A DNA stretch of 64,000 bases from Acidimicrobiales bacterium (GTDB taxonomy: Bacteria > Actinomycetota > Acidimicrobiia > Acidimicrobiales > Aldehydirespiratoraceae): contig JAJCXZ010000051.1 in assembly GCA_029263175.1 (NCBI GenBank), positions 7 to 64,006 of the forward strand, in the 5' to 3' direction. Within the stretch, counting starts at the first letter, position 1, and the number at the start of each line of letters is the position of its first letter. Positions 55,027 to 64,000 of this stretch are shown here, one piece after another. The notes under the pieces are model-generated. The model saw only the letters and a list, made by a program, of their open reading frames with translations. It had not been told where the DNA came from and did not search any database. The position numbers and the translations under genes are program-made.

Positions 55027-55983
55027 GTGACTGTGACCGTTGATGTGATCGTCGTGACCCGCGACCGACCGCATCTCATCGGCCGCGCCGTGGAGAGTGT
55101 GGTGGTCGCCGCCACCCCGGAGACCCGGATCACTGTCGTCGACCAGAGCGCGACGGCGGCCACCGCGGAGGTGATTTCGGAGCTCACCGCCAGCGACAGT
55201 CGGATCACCCGCCTGGCGTTGAACACCAAGGGAAGCAGCCTCGCTCGCAACGCCGGCATCGCCCACACATCGGCTGACCTTGTCCTGTTCACCGACGACG
55301 ACTGTGTTGTATCGCCTGACTGGATTGCATCCATGATCGACGAGTTCGCCGACGAGAGCTGTGCTGCCGTCTTCGGATCGCTCCGTGCCGACGATGCTGA
55401 TCAGCCTGGAGACGCCGCCGACGCTCCCTGGCTCGGGGTGGCTGTCACCGCAGGGACCGAGCGACGCGAATTCGCACCGCAGTCAACCGATCTGAGCTTC
55501 GGCCATGGCGCAAACATGGGATTTCGCCGGACTGCCCTCAACGCGGTCGACGGCTTTGATCCGATGCTCGGGGTTGGCTGCGTACTCCGCTCGTGGCCCG
55601 AGCGCGACATCGGCTATCGCATGCTCTCGGCCGGCCACTCGATCACCTTTCAACCGAAATCCGTGGTCAGCCACAACCAATGGCGCACCTGGGACGAGGT
55701 CTACGCCGCCCACTACAACTACGCCTTCGGCGCGGGAGCGGCCGTTGCGAAGTACCTCCGCTGTGGCGATCTCAAGGGGCTTCGGGTCTTGGGCGACTGG
55801 ATTCTTCAACTCGGCTTTCGCCAAGTCGTCTCGGGAGCGGTGCGGTGGCGCGATCCTCGCAAGATTCGGATCGGTGTCATCCACATTCTCTACCCGATGG
55901 TTGGGATCTGGAAGAGCCGGGGCCTCCCGATCGACAAGTCGACCCGCCAGTATCGGGATCGACGCGACTCAGAGGCCGAATAG
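55027..55983 (+). CDS. glycosyltransferase family 2
   Basis: GTG start. It has VDVIVVTRDRP, ARNAGI and LFTDDDCVVSPDW (DxD). Confidence 0.87.
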   Translation: MTVTVDVIVVTRDRPHLIGRAVESVVVAATPETRITVVDQSATAATAEVISELTASDSRITRLALNTKGSSLARNAGIAHTSADLVLFTDDDCVVSPDWIASMIDEFADESCAAVFGSLRADDADQPGDAADAPWLGVAVTAGTERREFAPQSTDLSFGHGANMGFRRTALNAVDGFDPMLGVGCVLRSWPERDIGYRMLSAGHSITFQPKSVVSHNQWRTWDEVYAAHYNYAFGAGAAVAKYLRCGDLKGLRVLGDWILQLGFRQVVSGAVRWRDPRKIRIGVIHILYPMVGIWKSRGLPIDKSTRQYRDRRDSEAE

Positions 55984-56700
55984 CTCCGGAAGATCGCCGA
56001 TCGCCGAGACCTCAGCGGTGACATCGGTGACGTCGGTGGCACCGACCGGGAGCGACCCAACGACCACCACACGACACCCGGCTGAATTCGCGGCGCGGAC
56101 ATCGGTCGCAGTGTCGCCGACCATGACGAGTCGGTCGATCGAGCATCCCGCTCGCGTTGCGCTTGCCAGCAGCATGCCCGGATCCGGCTTGGCCCCGAAT
56201 CCGGTGTCGTAGCCGATGACACTGTCGAAGTGCTGTCGCCAGCCAAGCGTGGTCAGTTGCTTCGACGCCGACTCGCCACCGTCGTTGGTGGCCAGGCCGA
56301 TCCAGAGCCCCGCTCCCCGCAATGCCGAGAGCATCTCCGTGACCCCTGCGAGGGGTTGAACGGCGGCACCAACGTGGAGCGTCGCGAGCCCCTCCAACTG
56401 CGAGACGGTGTCGGCGAGCGGCCGGTCGAGCGCGATGGCGATCCGGGCGGCGATCTCACCGTTGCTTTCCGCGATCACGGGGGAATCGGTCGTCAATGTA
56501 CCGGCCACAAGATCAACACCAATGGCAGCGGCAGCCCGCCGCCGATCAGCTGGATCGTCCACGAGCTCGGCAAGGGCCCGTGCCATGGCCGGCCCCCACG
56601 TGCGATGCACATCGATCAGGGTTCCGTCCTTGTCGAACACCACGGCAGCGACGTCATCGAGCAACACGGCCGCACTGTAGGGCCTAGATTCTGCGGCCAT
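55969..56700 (-). CDS. HAD-superfamily hydrolase (phosphatase type)
   Basis: It has VVFDKDGTLIDV (DxDGT), GLATND and MVGDTATDVRAA. The start is uncertain (ATG 56700 or GTG 56667), because ATG 56700 overlaps the divergent gene's ATG. Confidence 0.83.
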   Translation of the reverse strand: MAAESRPYSAAVLLDDVAAVVFDKDGTLIDVHRTWGPAMARALAELVDDPADRRRAAAAIGVDLVAGTLTTDSPVIAESNGEIAARIAIALDRPLADTVSQLEGLATLHVGAAVQPLAGVTEMLSALRGAGLWIGLATNDGGESASKQLTTLGWRQHFDSVIGYDTGFGAKPDPGMLLASATRAGCSIDRLVMVGDTATDVRAANSAGCRVVVVGSLPVGATDVTDVTAEVSAIGDLPELFGL

Positions 56701-57730
56701 GTTGACAACCACGATCGGCGCGTTCCCAAAACCCAGTGATGTGCCGATCACCGACTGGTTCTCGATCTCAGACGGGGACTACACGAGCGCCTACCTCGAC
56801 GAGCTGGACGCCGTTGCTGATGAGGTTCTCGATGCCGCGGTGCACGCCGTCGTCCGCGACCAGATCGACGCCGGGGTCGATATCCCGACGGACGGCGAGG
56901 TGCGGCGCGAGAACTACATCCACTATCAGTGTCGGCAGCTGACGGGTATCGACTTCGGGACGCTGTCGTACAAGCGTATGCGTGGCACAACCGATACCGA
57001 GCTGCCTACTGTCCGGGGCGAGATCGGGGTTGGCGAATCGCTGCTCCCCCGTGATTTTCGGGTTGCCCAGGCGGCAACGACGGCTCCGGTGAAGATAACG
57101 GTTCCGGGCCCGATGACGATCATCGACTCGGTCGTCGACGACCGCTATCGCGACGATGTTGCGCTGGGCGCCGATCTCGCGGCCGCCATCAACGTCCATG
57201 TCCTCGCTCTTGCCGACGCCGGCTGCACGAACATCCAGGTGGACGAACCGGTCATGGCCCGCAAGCCAGGCGCCGCTCTCAGCCACGGGATCGATCATCT
57301 CGCCCGATGTTTCGGCGGGGTCAGGGGCGAGGTGACCCGCATCGCTCATGCCTGCTGTGGCTACCCGAACTCCCTGGACGAGATCGATTACCCCAAGGCC
57401 GACCGAGGTGCGTATCTCGAGCTGGCCGAGGCACTGGACGCTGCACCCATCGACCAGATCAGCATCGAAGATGCCCACGCCCACAATGATCTGGAGATGC
57501 TGCTGCCCCGCTTCCGGTCGACCACCATCATTCTCGGCGTCGTGGGGATTGCTCGGAGCCGCCTCGAGACAATCGAAGAGATCGAGGCTCGGCTCCGCGA
57601 GGCGGTTGCCATCCACGGCCTTGACCGGTTGATCGCGGCCCCCGATTGTGGCCTGGGGTATCTCAGTCGAGATCAGGCCCTCGACAAGCTGCGCAACCTG
57701 GCCACCGCCGCTCATCGGATCACAGCATGA
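56699..57730 (+). CDS. cobalamin-independent methionine synthase (MetE C-terminal-like, short form) family protein
   Basis: 343-aa ORF with MLTTTIGAFPKP, DGEVRRENY, IQVDEP, HACCGYP and ISIEDAH (Zn-binding His/Cys pattern). Confidence 0.85.
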   Translation: MLTTTIGAFPKPSDVPITDWFSISDGDYTSAYLDELDAVADEVLDAAVHAVVRDQIDAGVDIPTDGEVRRENYIHYQCRQLTGIDFGTLSYKRMRGTTDTELPTVRGEIGVGESLLPRDFRVAQAATTAPVKITVPGPMTIIDSVVDDRYRDDVALGADLAAAINVHVLALADAGCTNIQVDEPVMARKPGAALSHGIDHLARCFGGVRGEVTRIAHACCGYPNSLDEIDYPKADRGAYLELAEALDAAPIDQISIEDAHAHNDLEMLLPRFRSTTIILGVVGIARSRLETIEEIEARLREAVAIHGLDRLIAAPDCGLGYLSRDQALDKLRNLATAAHRITA

Positions 57731-57734
57731 GCGG

Positions 57735-58205
57735 TCAGCCGGGCAGCTCGTCCAGACGAGCCTGAAGACGCGCGACGAACGCCCGCTGGTTCTTGGCGAG
57801 CTTCGCTTCGGCTTCTCCAAGCGAGAACCATGCCGCCCGATCGACCTCGGGGAACGACTTCATCGTCCCTGACCGCGGTGGCCATTCCATCTCGAACATG
57901 TTGCTCACGATGTTGTCCGCGTCGAAGTCGGCCCGCCGGGCGAAGAGGTGTATTCGTTTCCCGCCACTGGTCGCCGATCCCAGCTCAACCGATTGCCCCG
58001 CCGGCGGTGCTGAGCCGAGCTCCTCGGCGAACTCTCGCTCGGCGACGCTCAACAGATCCACCTCGCCCTCCTCGACAATTCCCTTCGGGACTGACCAGCC
58101 GCCGTCGTCCTTCTTCGCGAAATAGGGGCCACCCATGTGCGCAAGCAGCACCTCGACGCCCTCGGCCGCCGACCGCCACAAGAGGAGCCCGGCGCTGTCG
58201 ATCAT
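57735..58205 (-). CDS. NUDIX hydrolase
   Basis: The Nudix box is GGWSVPKGIVEEGEVDLLSVAEREFAEELG. Confidence 0.88.
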   Translation of the reverse strand: MIDSAGLLLWRSAAEGVEVLLAHMGGPYFAKKDDGGWSVPKGIVEEGEVDLLSVAEREFAEELGSAPPAGQSVELGSATSGGKRIHLFARRADFDADNIVSNMFEMEWPPRSGTMKSFPEVDRAAWFSLGEAEAKLAKNQRAFVARLQARLDELPG

Positions 58206-59017
58206 GGGCGCGGTGCCACCAACAGCGATTGCACGGAGGTTCCGATCTGGCCATCTCGGTCGGAGAGGATCCCGGCCGCGGTGCCGAACCCAGCACGCCG
58301 CACATGGCTTTCGGCGGACAGCAAGACCCAGTCCCCGACCGGCAAGCGGTGAAGGTGAACGGTGACATCAGGATTGATGAAGAGGTGTTCCTCCGCGCTC
58401 AGGACACTGCTCACGGCATTCGGGAAGTCGGCCGTGGTACAGGCGCGGTCCAGCGGGTGTATCTCTTCACCCACGAACGTGGGGACACGCAACCGAAACC
58501 AGGACTGTCCGGGGCCGGGCGTCTCGAAGAAGTTGCCTTCCACCGGACGAACATCGACCATGCCACCGAACATCACCACGCCTGGATCGTGTCGCGCCGT
58601 GAGGTCGTAGGTAGCGCAGTCCTCAGGAGCAACGGCGTTTGGCGGACCACTCTGCGGAAGCGCCGACTCGTCGAGCCCATTGTCGCCGACCGCCATGCGC
58701 AGCATCCGGCCGGCGCAGACCTCCGTGCCATCGAGGGTGAACAAGGAGACGTCGATCAATTGAAGTCGCCGACCCGGGCGCCGGGTCTCGACCCGAGCCA
58801 TGAGTGTCTCCAACGGCACCGGACGCAGCAGCTCCGATGTCAGTCGACTCACGAACCACTCGGTATCCCCGGGGTCGTGCTCCAGGGCGAGGCGGGCCAT
58901 CAGCGCGGATGGCGGACCCCCGTGCATGGCGTTCGGATCCCACGGGCCACGGCAGGCCTCGGTGGGATGAAATCGGTTCCCCTCTCGTTCGAACAACCCG
59001 GCCGGTAACGCGGTCAT
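58202..59017 (-). CDS. thioesterase-family protein (TesB-like double hotdog)
   Basis: 271-aa ORF. N-terminal FHPTEACRGPWDPNAMHGGPPSALMA and the overall pattern are typical of acyl-CoA thioesterase-like proteins. Confidence 0.78.
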   Translation of the reverse strand: MTALPAGLFEREGNRFHPTEACRGPWDPNAMHGGPPSALMARLALEHDPGDTEWFVSRLTSELLRPVPLETLMARVETRRPGRRLQLIDVSLFTLDGTEVCAGRMLRMAVGDNGLDESALPQSGPPNAVAPEDCATYDLTARHDPGVVMFGGMVDVRPVEGNFFETPGPGQSWFRLRVPTFVGEEIHPLDRACTTADFPNAVSSVLSAEEHLFINPDVTVHLHRLPVGDWVLLSAESHVRRAGFGTAAGILSDRDGQIGTSVQSLLVAPRP

Positions 59018-59095
59018 GACCGGCGACTCTAGGCATGGCAGGGTGCGGGCAACCGAATTTCATCCGTACTTTGCTTGACAGATCAGTATTCATCG

Positions 59096-59117
59096 TTCAT
59101 CGTCGATAAACGATGAA
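59096..59117. promoter_or_regulatory. inverted repeat TTCATCGT-N6-ACGATGAA overlapping the ArsR start codon
   Basis: 8-bp perfect arms at 59096-59103 and 59110-59117. An extra tandem TCATCGT copy lies at 59090-59096, and TTGACA at 59075-59080. Confidence 0.4.
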
Positions 59118-59424
59118 GCCTCTCACCGATCAGGCCGCCGAGGAATACGCAGCGTGGTTCCGCTGCTTGGCCGACGGAACGCGACTTCGGGTCTTGAATG
59201 TCGTGGCCACAGCGGCGCGGCCGCTGACCGTCGGCGAGATCGTCGATGCCGTCGATCGAAGCCAGTCGACGGTTTCCCGCCATCTACAGGTGTTGGCCGA
59301 GGAGGAATTCGTCCTCACCGAAGCTGACGGCGTTCGCACGTTGGTCCGAGTCAACAACAAGTGCATGACTGCACTCCCTCGGGCCGCCGCGGTGATCATG
59401 GGTCAGCCGGCAGAGGCTTCATGA
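59113..59424 (+). CDS. ArsR/SmtB-family metalloregulator
   Basis: 103-aa ORF with FRCLADGTRLRVLNVV...LTVGEIVDAVDRSQSTVSRHLQVL (wHTH). Confidence 0.9.
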   Translation: MKPLTDQAAEEYAAWFRCLADGTRLRVLNVVATAARPLTVGEIVDAVDRSQSTVSRHLQVLAEEEFVLTEADGVRTLVRVNNKCMTALPRAAAVIMGQPAEAS

Positions 59425-60338
59425 TCCGAAGCTCGCTGCTCCTGCTCGCAGAGCTGATTGCGTTGTTCTTCAGCGTGGCCTTTCTGGTGCAGCTCGGTCA
59501 GCGTCGCATGGGCCAGGAACGACTCAGAGCGTGGATGGGGGGACGACCCGTCGTCGCGGCGCTGAAGGGCATCGCGGTCGGATTCATCACTCCCTTCTGC
59601 ACCTACTCCGCGCTACCGCTCCTCGTCGGACTCCGCCGGGCTCGAGTCACGCCCGCTGGATACGTCGCGTTCATCGTGGCGGCTCCGGTTCTGGATCCCG
59701 TGCTCTTCGGTGCACTCGTTGTGATCGTCGGATTCACGGCCGCGGGAATCTACGCCGCCGTGGCGTTCAGTGCAGCGCTGACGTTGGCGCTCGCTGCCGA
59801 GCGCTACGGCATCGAACATCACCTGTGCCCGATTGATGCTCTTGTCGTTCCCGTCGGCGGCGGATCCGATGCCGCCCTGTCACCCTCCTCGTGCGCCCCC
59901 GAGAGCGAAGCACCATGGGCCGGTGCCCGCATCGAGATCCACTCTGCGGTTCGGAGCGCGACGGCTCTGTTGCGGTCGATGATCGTCTTGTTGCTCGTGG
60001 GCGTCAGCATCGGCCTCGCCATCGAGGCCTTCGTGCCCGCCGACTCCGTCGCCGGCATCACCGGTCGCTTCGACATGTTTGCCATCCCCGTGGCCGCCGC
60101 CCTCGGCACACCGCTGTATTTCAACACCGAACTCTTCGTCCCAATCGCCGATTCTCTGGAAACCGCCGGAGTCGGTATCGGCGCCATCGTCGCGCTGACC
60201 ATTGCCGGCGCCGGGGCCAACGTCCCCGAATTCATCCTTCTCTCGCGTCTCGCCAGCCGACGAGTGATCAGCATGTTCATCGGCTACGTCTTCACCGTCG
60301 CCGTCATCGGCGGCTCCCTCGCCCAACTGGCGAGCTGA
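59421..60338 (+). CDS. permease (UPF0718/DUF318-type, two-repeat membrane protein)
   Basis: ATG 59421 overlaps the ArsR stop (ATGA). The protein has about 8 TM helices and GFITPFCTYSALPLLVGL. Confidence 0.78.
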   Translation: MIRSSLLLLAELIALFFSVAFLVQLGQRRMGQERLRAWMGGRPVVAALKGIAVGFITPFCTYSALPLLVGLRRARVTPAGYVAFIVAAPVLDPVLFGALVVIVGFTAAGIYAAVAFSAALTLALAAERYGIEHHLCPIDALVVPVGGGSDAALSPSSCAPESEAPWAGARIEIHSAVRSATALLRSMIVLLLVGVSIGLAIEAFVPADSVAGITGRFDMFAIPVAAALGTPLYFNTELFVPIADSLETAGVGIGAIVALTIAGAGANVPEFILLSRLASRRVISMFIGYVFTVAVIGGSLAQLAS

Positions 60339-60343
60339 CCGAA

Positions 60344-61213
60344 CTAGCCGAGCGACATGAACTGAGTCATCGCGTCGCGAAAGCCATCGGGCTCGTCGAT
60401 GGGCACAACGTGACCACAGTTGGCGAACTCGACGAGTTCGCAGGTGGGAATGGTCGCCACCAGGCGTTTCGCATTCTCCGGCGTCAGGTACTCCGACTCC
60501 GCCCCGCGCATCACGAGGGTCGGAACCTGGATCCTCCCGGCGGCCGCCCAACCTTCGTCTTCGGCGCCGTGAAAGGCGATCGCTCCAGGCTGGCGCAACG
60601 CCGGGTCGTAGCGCCACGTCCACGACCCGTCCGCGAGGCGCTGAATCGCGTTGCGGATGCGGTGCGAGAGATGTTCGTGCGAGGCGCGCGGATTGGCCGC
60701 CAGCTCGGTCGCGATCGCCTGCTCCGGCGAGTCGAACCGAGCCGCCTGCTCGAAGTCGGTGTACATCTGCTTCCGCGTCGACTTCGGGATCGTTGGCGCG
60801 ATGTCGACCAATACGAGACGAGCGAGTTCCGCCGGCACACCGCCCGAGTAAAGAATCGAGATGGACCCACCAAGTGACTGCCCGACGAGCGTGATGTGGT
60901 CGAGTCCGAGTGCGGCAACCAGCGAGCGAACATCGGCGACCTGGGAATCCAGACCATACGAGTCGACCCACTGAGACTCCCCGTGACCGCGAAGATCGGG
61001 TGCAACAACGCGGCAATGTCGACTCATGTGGGCCGCAAACGAGTCCCATTGGCGGGCGTGCGCAGTCAGCCCGTGAAGCAGCAACAGCGTCTCGTCGGCG
61101 TCGGTCGGCCCCGCCCAGTCCCGATAGTGGAGACGAAACCCATCAAGCTGGAGCAGCTCGTCTTGCACGTGCACGCTTCGCACCCCCTGTTGTCCCCCGC
61201 AGGGGCAGCTCAT
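60344..61213 (-). CDS. alpha/beta-fold hydrolase
   Basis: It has LLLLHGLTAHARQW, the nucleophile elbow VGQSLGG and a C-terminal CGHVVPID His. I chose ATG 61213 rather than 61315 to avoid overlapping the divergent gene. Confidence 0.83.
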   Translation of the reverse strand: MSCPCGGQQGVRSVHVQDELLQLDGFRLHYRDWAGPTDADETLLLLHGLTAHARQWDSFAAHMSRHCRVVAPDLRGHGESQWVDSYGLDSQVADVRSLVAALGLDHITLVGQSLGGSISILYSGGVPAELARLVLVDIAPTIPKSTRKQMYTDFEQAARFDSPEQAIATELAANPRASHEHLSHRIRNAIQRLADGSWTWRYDPALRQPGAIAFHGAEDEGWAAAGRIQVPTLVMRGAESEYLTPENAKRLVATIPTCELVEFANCGHVVPIDEPDGFRDAMTQFMSLG

Positions 61214-61283
61214 GTTCGCATGGTTCGTGATAGGGATACGCATTCGGTCGAGCGGTTCGGCCACCACGTTCGCGAGGAGAGCC

Positions 61284-61589
61284 ATGAGCAAGCTTTCGAT
61301 GATGGGCACAATCACTTGTCAGGACGGCAAGGCCGACGAGATGGCCGCGGTGCTGGCCGACATGGTCCAGGCCGCCAAGGAAGAACCGGGTATCGAGATC
61401 TACTCGTACCACCGAGGCGAGGGCAACAGCTTCTCGTTCTTCGCGCTGATGTCGAGCCCCGAAGCAATGCAGGGCCATGGGCAGAGTGAGGCCATGCAGG
61501 AAGCAATGCAGGCATTCATGCCGTTGATGGCCGAGCCCCCGCAGATGGCCCCGGCTACACCGATCGCCGCGATCGGTTTCGAGATCTGA
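61284..61589 (+). CDS. antibiotic-biosynthesis-monooxygenase (ABM) domain protein
   Basis: ATG 61284 is preceded by GAGGAGA. The 101-aa product has a ferredoxin-like ABM pattern (MGTITCQDGK...YSYHRGEGNSFSFFALMSS). Confidence 0.72.
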   Translation: MSKLSMMGTITCQDGKADEMAAVLADMVQAAKEEPGIEIYSYHRGEGNSFSFFALMSSPEAMQGHGQSEAMQEAMQAFMPLMAEPPQMAPATPIAAIGFEI

Positions 61590-62097
61590 TCTCAGCCGAG
61601 ATCTGCACGGCCTCCAACGACAACCTCACGGCCGCTCATCGGCGGTTCGTGGTCCACGAGTTCCTCGGGGAAGCCGACGCCGCGAAGGTCCTCGCCACAG
61701 CCGTCCCGGTGTGCACGATGTCGCCGGCGAAGATGGCGATATTGCCGCTCGAGGCCTTGTGGCAGCCTCCTGAGACCGGACAGTCGACGACAGACCAGAC
61801 AACACGCCGTCCGCGCCCTCCACCGCACGCCATCGTCGGAACCGCCTCGGCAATTGTCGCATTGGCTCTCTACCGACGAAAGAATCTGATCGGTTGGTGG
61901 CCGCCGGAGGCGCCTGCGATATAGCCCTCATCCACGAACCAATCGGACGGCATGCGAACCACCGATAGAAGCGAAGCGACTGCATCTCCTCGGTCCGGCG
62001 GCTGTCGCGCGTTAATCGACCGGGGACCGGAGACGCCGTCGGGGCGGTCCGTTACGGTTCGAGCACCGACCTCACGGGAACCTGGACTGGACGTGTC

Positions 62098-62805
62098 ATG
62101 ACCATCACCATCAGAAAGCTTCATCTCGCCATCGCAGTCGTCGCCATCGCCGTACTCGCAACGGCCACGACAGCGCTCGCTACCCATGTCTTCAACGACG
62201 TGTCCGAAGGCGCGTTCTACCACGACGCCGTCACGTGGGCGAAAACCAACGAAATAACCACCGGCTCCCCCGCCGGTTCGGCCACTTTCAAGCCACTCGA
62301 CCCGGTCACCCGAGGCGAAAGCGTCACATTCCTCAAGCGCTACGATGCCAACATCGTCCAGCCCACTCTCGACATGCTTGCGAGCGACATCGCCGCCCTC
62401 GAAGTGGGGCTCTTCGACTCCGACACCGTCCTGACCGGGGCCAGCACGAACTCACCGTCGCCGGTCGACATGGGCCTCAAAGCCGTCGTCACCATCCCCA
62501 CGGGCCACACCGCAGTGATCGAGATCGGCTTCTCGGCCGAATCCGCATGCAGCGGCGGTGTCGGGACCCAATGGTGCAACGTCGCAGTCCTCGCCAACGG
62601 CACGGCGGTGGACGACACCACTTTCGCCTTCAACAACACCAACTCTGTAAGCGCCACGCCGAAGGCCCACTCCATGACACGCGTGACCGGCGAACTTCCC
62701 CCGGGAACCTACGAGATCACGGCCACCCACAACACGACGAACGCGAGCACCTATCACGACACGTTCGCAAAGGTGTTGACAGCCACGGTCCATTTCCTGA
62801 GCTGA
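62098..62805 (+). CDS. secreted SLH-domain protein, hypothetical
   Basis: It has a signal peptide (LAIAVVAIAVLATATTALA) followed by one SLH-like unit (FNDVSEGAFYHDAVTWAKTNEITTGS....FKPLDPVTRGESVTFL). The C-terminal beta-rich region is unassigned. Confidence 0.78.
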   Translation: MTITIRKLHLAIAVVAIAVLATATTALATHVFNDVSEGAFYHDAVTWAKTNEITTGSPAGSATFKPLDPVTRGESVTFLKRYDANIVQPTLDMLASDIAALEVGLFDSDTVLTGASTNSPSPVDMGLKAVVTIPTGHTAVIEIGFSAESACSGGVGTQWCNVAVLANGTAVDDTTFAFNNTNSVSATPKAHSMTRVTGELPPGTYEITATHNTTNASTYHDTFAKVLTATVHFLS

Positions 62806-62825
62806 CCCGGACCCCTCCCCCTCGC

Positions 62826-62983
62826 TCAGCCTGCTCTAGTCAGGCTGCCCCTGTTTGGCCACGCGCCGCGACTGGGCACGAAGACGTGGACCGCCTTGAC
62901 GACGGTGACCTCATGACCGCCACGAGCGAGGTTGCCGGCGAGCTTGGCCCCACGCTGCCCAGGCCGATGAATCCGATCTTCAT
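62826..62983 (-). pseudogene. frameshifted, truncated remnant of an NAD-binding (HIBADH/6PGDH-type) dehydrogenase
   Basis: ATG 62983 overlaps the PhyH stop (ATGA) and encodes MKIGFIGLG. The expected continuation RGAKLAGNLARGGHEVTVV is in a different frame. Family-like sequence ends after about 30 aa. Confidence 0.45.
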
Positions 62984-63945
62984 CGCTCGGCCATCCAGTC
63001 TTGGAAGATTGGTCCGGTGTACTCGCCAGAGATGATTCGTTCCCGAGCATCCGCCCACATCTTGTTCCAGACGTCCGGATCGTGTAGCTCAGCTGTCGGG
63101 TCTGCCCGGCTGCGAGCGACAAATCCAGGGAACGCCGGACGTCCACTGGCCTGGCCCACCGGGTGATAGCGGATGTCCACACTCCATCGCAGCTGGGTCG
63201 AGACGTTGGGCTTCGAGCAGTGGATGTTCTGCTTGTCGAACAAGATGATGCTGCCTCGCTCTGCGGGGAGCGCTTCTCCCTCCCTTCCGTCGATGATCTC
63301 CGCAGGAACGGTGGGTTCGCGGGGAATCGGACCCGGGACGTGACGATGTGCTCCCTCGAGATGGCTCTTCGGAATCGAGACAAGGCAGCCGTTCTCCTCG
63401 CTCGCATCGGTGACCGCGACCCAAACGGTGATTTGATCGGTGGTGAGTGCTTCTGGCAACACCGCCACCGTGTCCTGGTGCCAGCTCGTGTTGCCCACAC
63501 TCGAGTGAGCGACGCTGTCGTCGGAGAGGCGCGCGAGCGGGGGCTTCAGTCGCATCTGCTGTACGGGACTCGACGCGATCTCCGGGCCGAGGAGCGATTC
63601 GACGGCATCCAGAATCTTCGGGTTGGTCAACAACCCGAACACGGCCGGTCCGGTATGGGCGCGGAACGCCGCGGGATCGATCTCGCCGTTGACAAGGGGA
63701 AGCGAGATGTTGAACTCATCGATGCAGTCGGGGAAGCGGCGAACCATGGTCGTGTATCGCTCCGCAAACGGCACCTCCGGGCCCGGCACATCGATTTTGC
63801 CCGCGGCCACGAGTCGCTGCGCGTAAGCATCGAGGAGGGCGCTGTACTCAGTCTCGAGCGGCCGGAGATCGTCATCGTCAAGCACGTCCTCCACGAGAAG
63901 AAACCCGTCGCGGTGGAACTGCGCAACCTGGACATCCGAAAGCAT
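62980..63945 (-). CDS. phytanoyl-CoA dioxygenase (PhyH) family Fe(II)/2OG oxygenase
   Basis: Start at MLSDVQVAQFHRDGFLLVEDVL (ATG 63945). It has the WHQD metal motif and a later H (SIPKSHLEG...) region. Confidence 0.86.
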   Translation of the reverse strand: MLSDVQVAQFHRDGFLLVEDVLDDDDLRPLETEYSALLDAYAQRLVAAGKIDVPGPEVPFAERYTTMVRRFPDCIDEFNISLPLVNGEIDPAAFRAHTGPAVFGLLTNPKILDAVESLLGPEIASSPVQQMRLKPPLARLSDDSVAHSSVGNTSWHQDTVAVLPEALTTDQITVWVAVTDASEENGCLVSIPKSHLEGAHRHVPGPIPREPTVPAEIIDGREGEALPAERGSIILFDKQNIHCSKPNVSTQLRWSVDIRYHPVGQASGRPAFPGFVARSRADPTAELHDPDVWNKMWADARERIISGEYTGPIFQDWMAER

Positions 63946-64000
63946 CGGGAAGACCCCTATCAACGTGAGATATCGGTTGCGTCATTCTGCCCCAGAAACC

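Overview
High-GC (about two-thirds G+C by eye), densely packed chromosomal segment. Gene content looks Actinomycetota-like: an F420-type luciferase-like oxidoreductase, a DinB-type domain, a PimB-like GT4, a DEDD+GIY-YIG nuclease and leaderless-style TANNNT promoters. This taxonomic call is an inference. I support about 65 protein-coding genes, one RNase P RNA gene, two probable gene remnants, a few hairpins and a few candidate operators. I saw no tRNA, rRNA, CRISPR array, transposase or integrase.

Most of the window is housekeeping or metabolic: pfkA, glpK, queG, a trpD-like gene, arfB, a class A PBP, P450, CobW and an AMP-ligase.

The strongest candidate for something new is a 771-aa single polypeptide at 39645-41960. 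It fuses an alkaline-phosphatase-superfamily phosphoesterase, a PhnZ/TmpB-like HD di-iron oxygenase and a PhnY*/TmpA-like Fe/2OG dioxygenase, so a whole oxidative C-P cleavage pathway sits in one protein. Directly downstream is a transporter and catabolic locus (42.2-54.9 kb) containing two Lrp regulators.

Second in interest is a BcsA-architecture membrane protein with an intact PilZ c-di-GMP motif but apparently substituted glycosyltransferase catalytic motifs (28374-30164). A stand-alone PilZ protein lies 4.6 kb away.

Other items:
- an SMC-like protein with degenerate ATPase motifs
- a lower-GC decayed islet just after rnpB
- SLH-anchored secreted proteins, including a PL1 pectate lyase
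- a truncated dehydrogenase remnant next to an SLH gene
- several palindromic operator candidates

All family assignments come from reading the translations and from remembered motifs. No searches were run.
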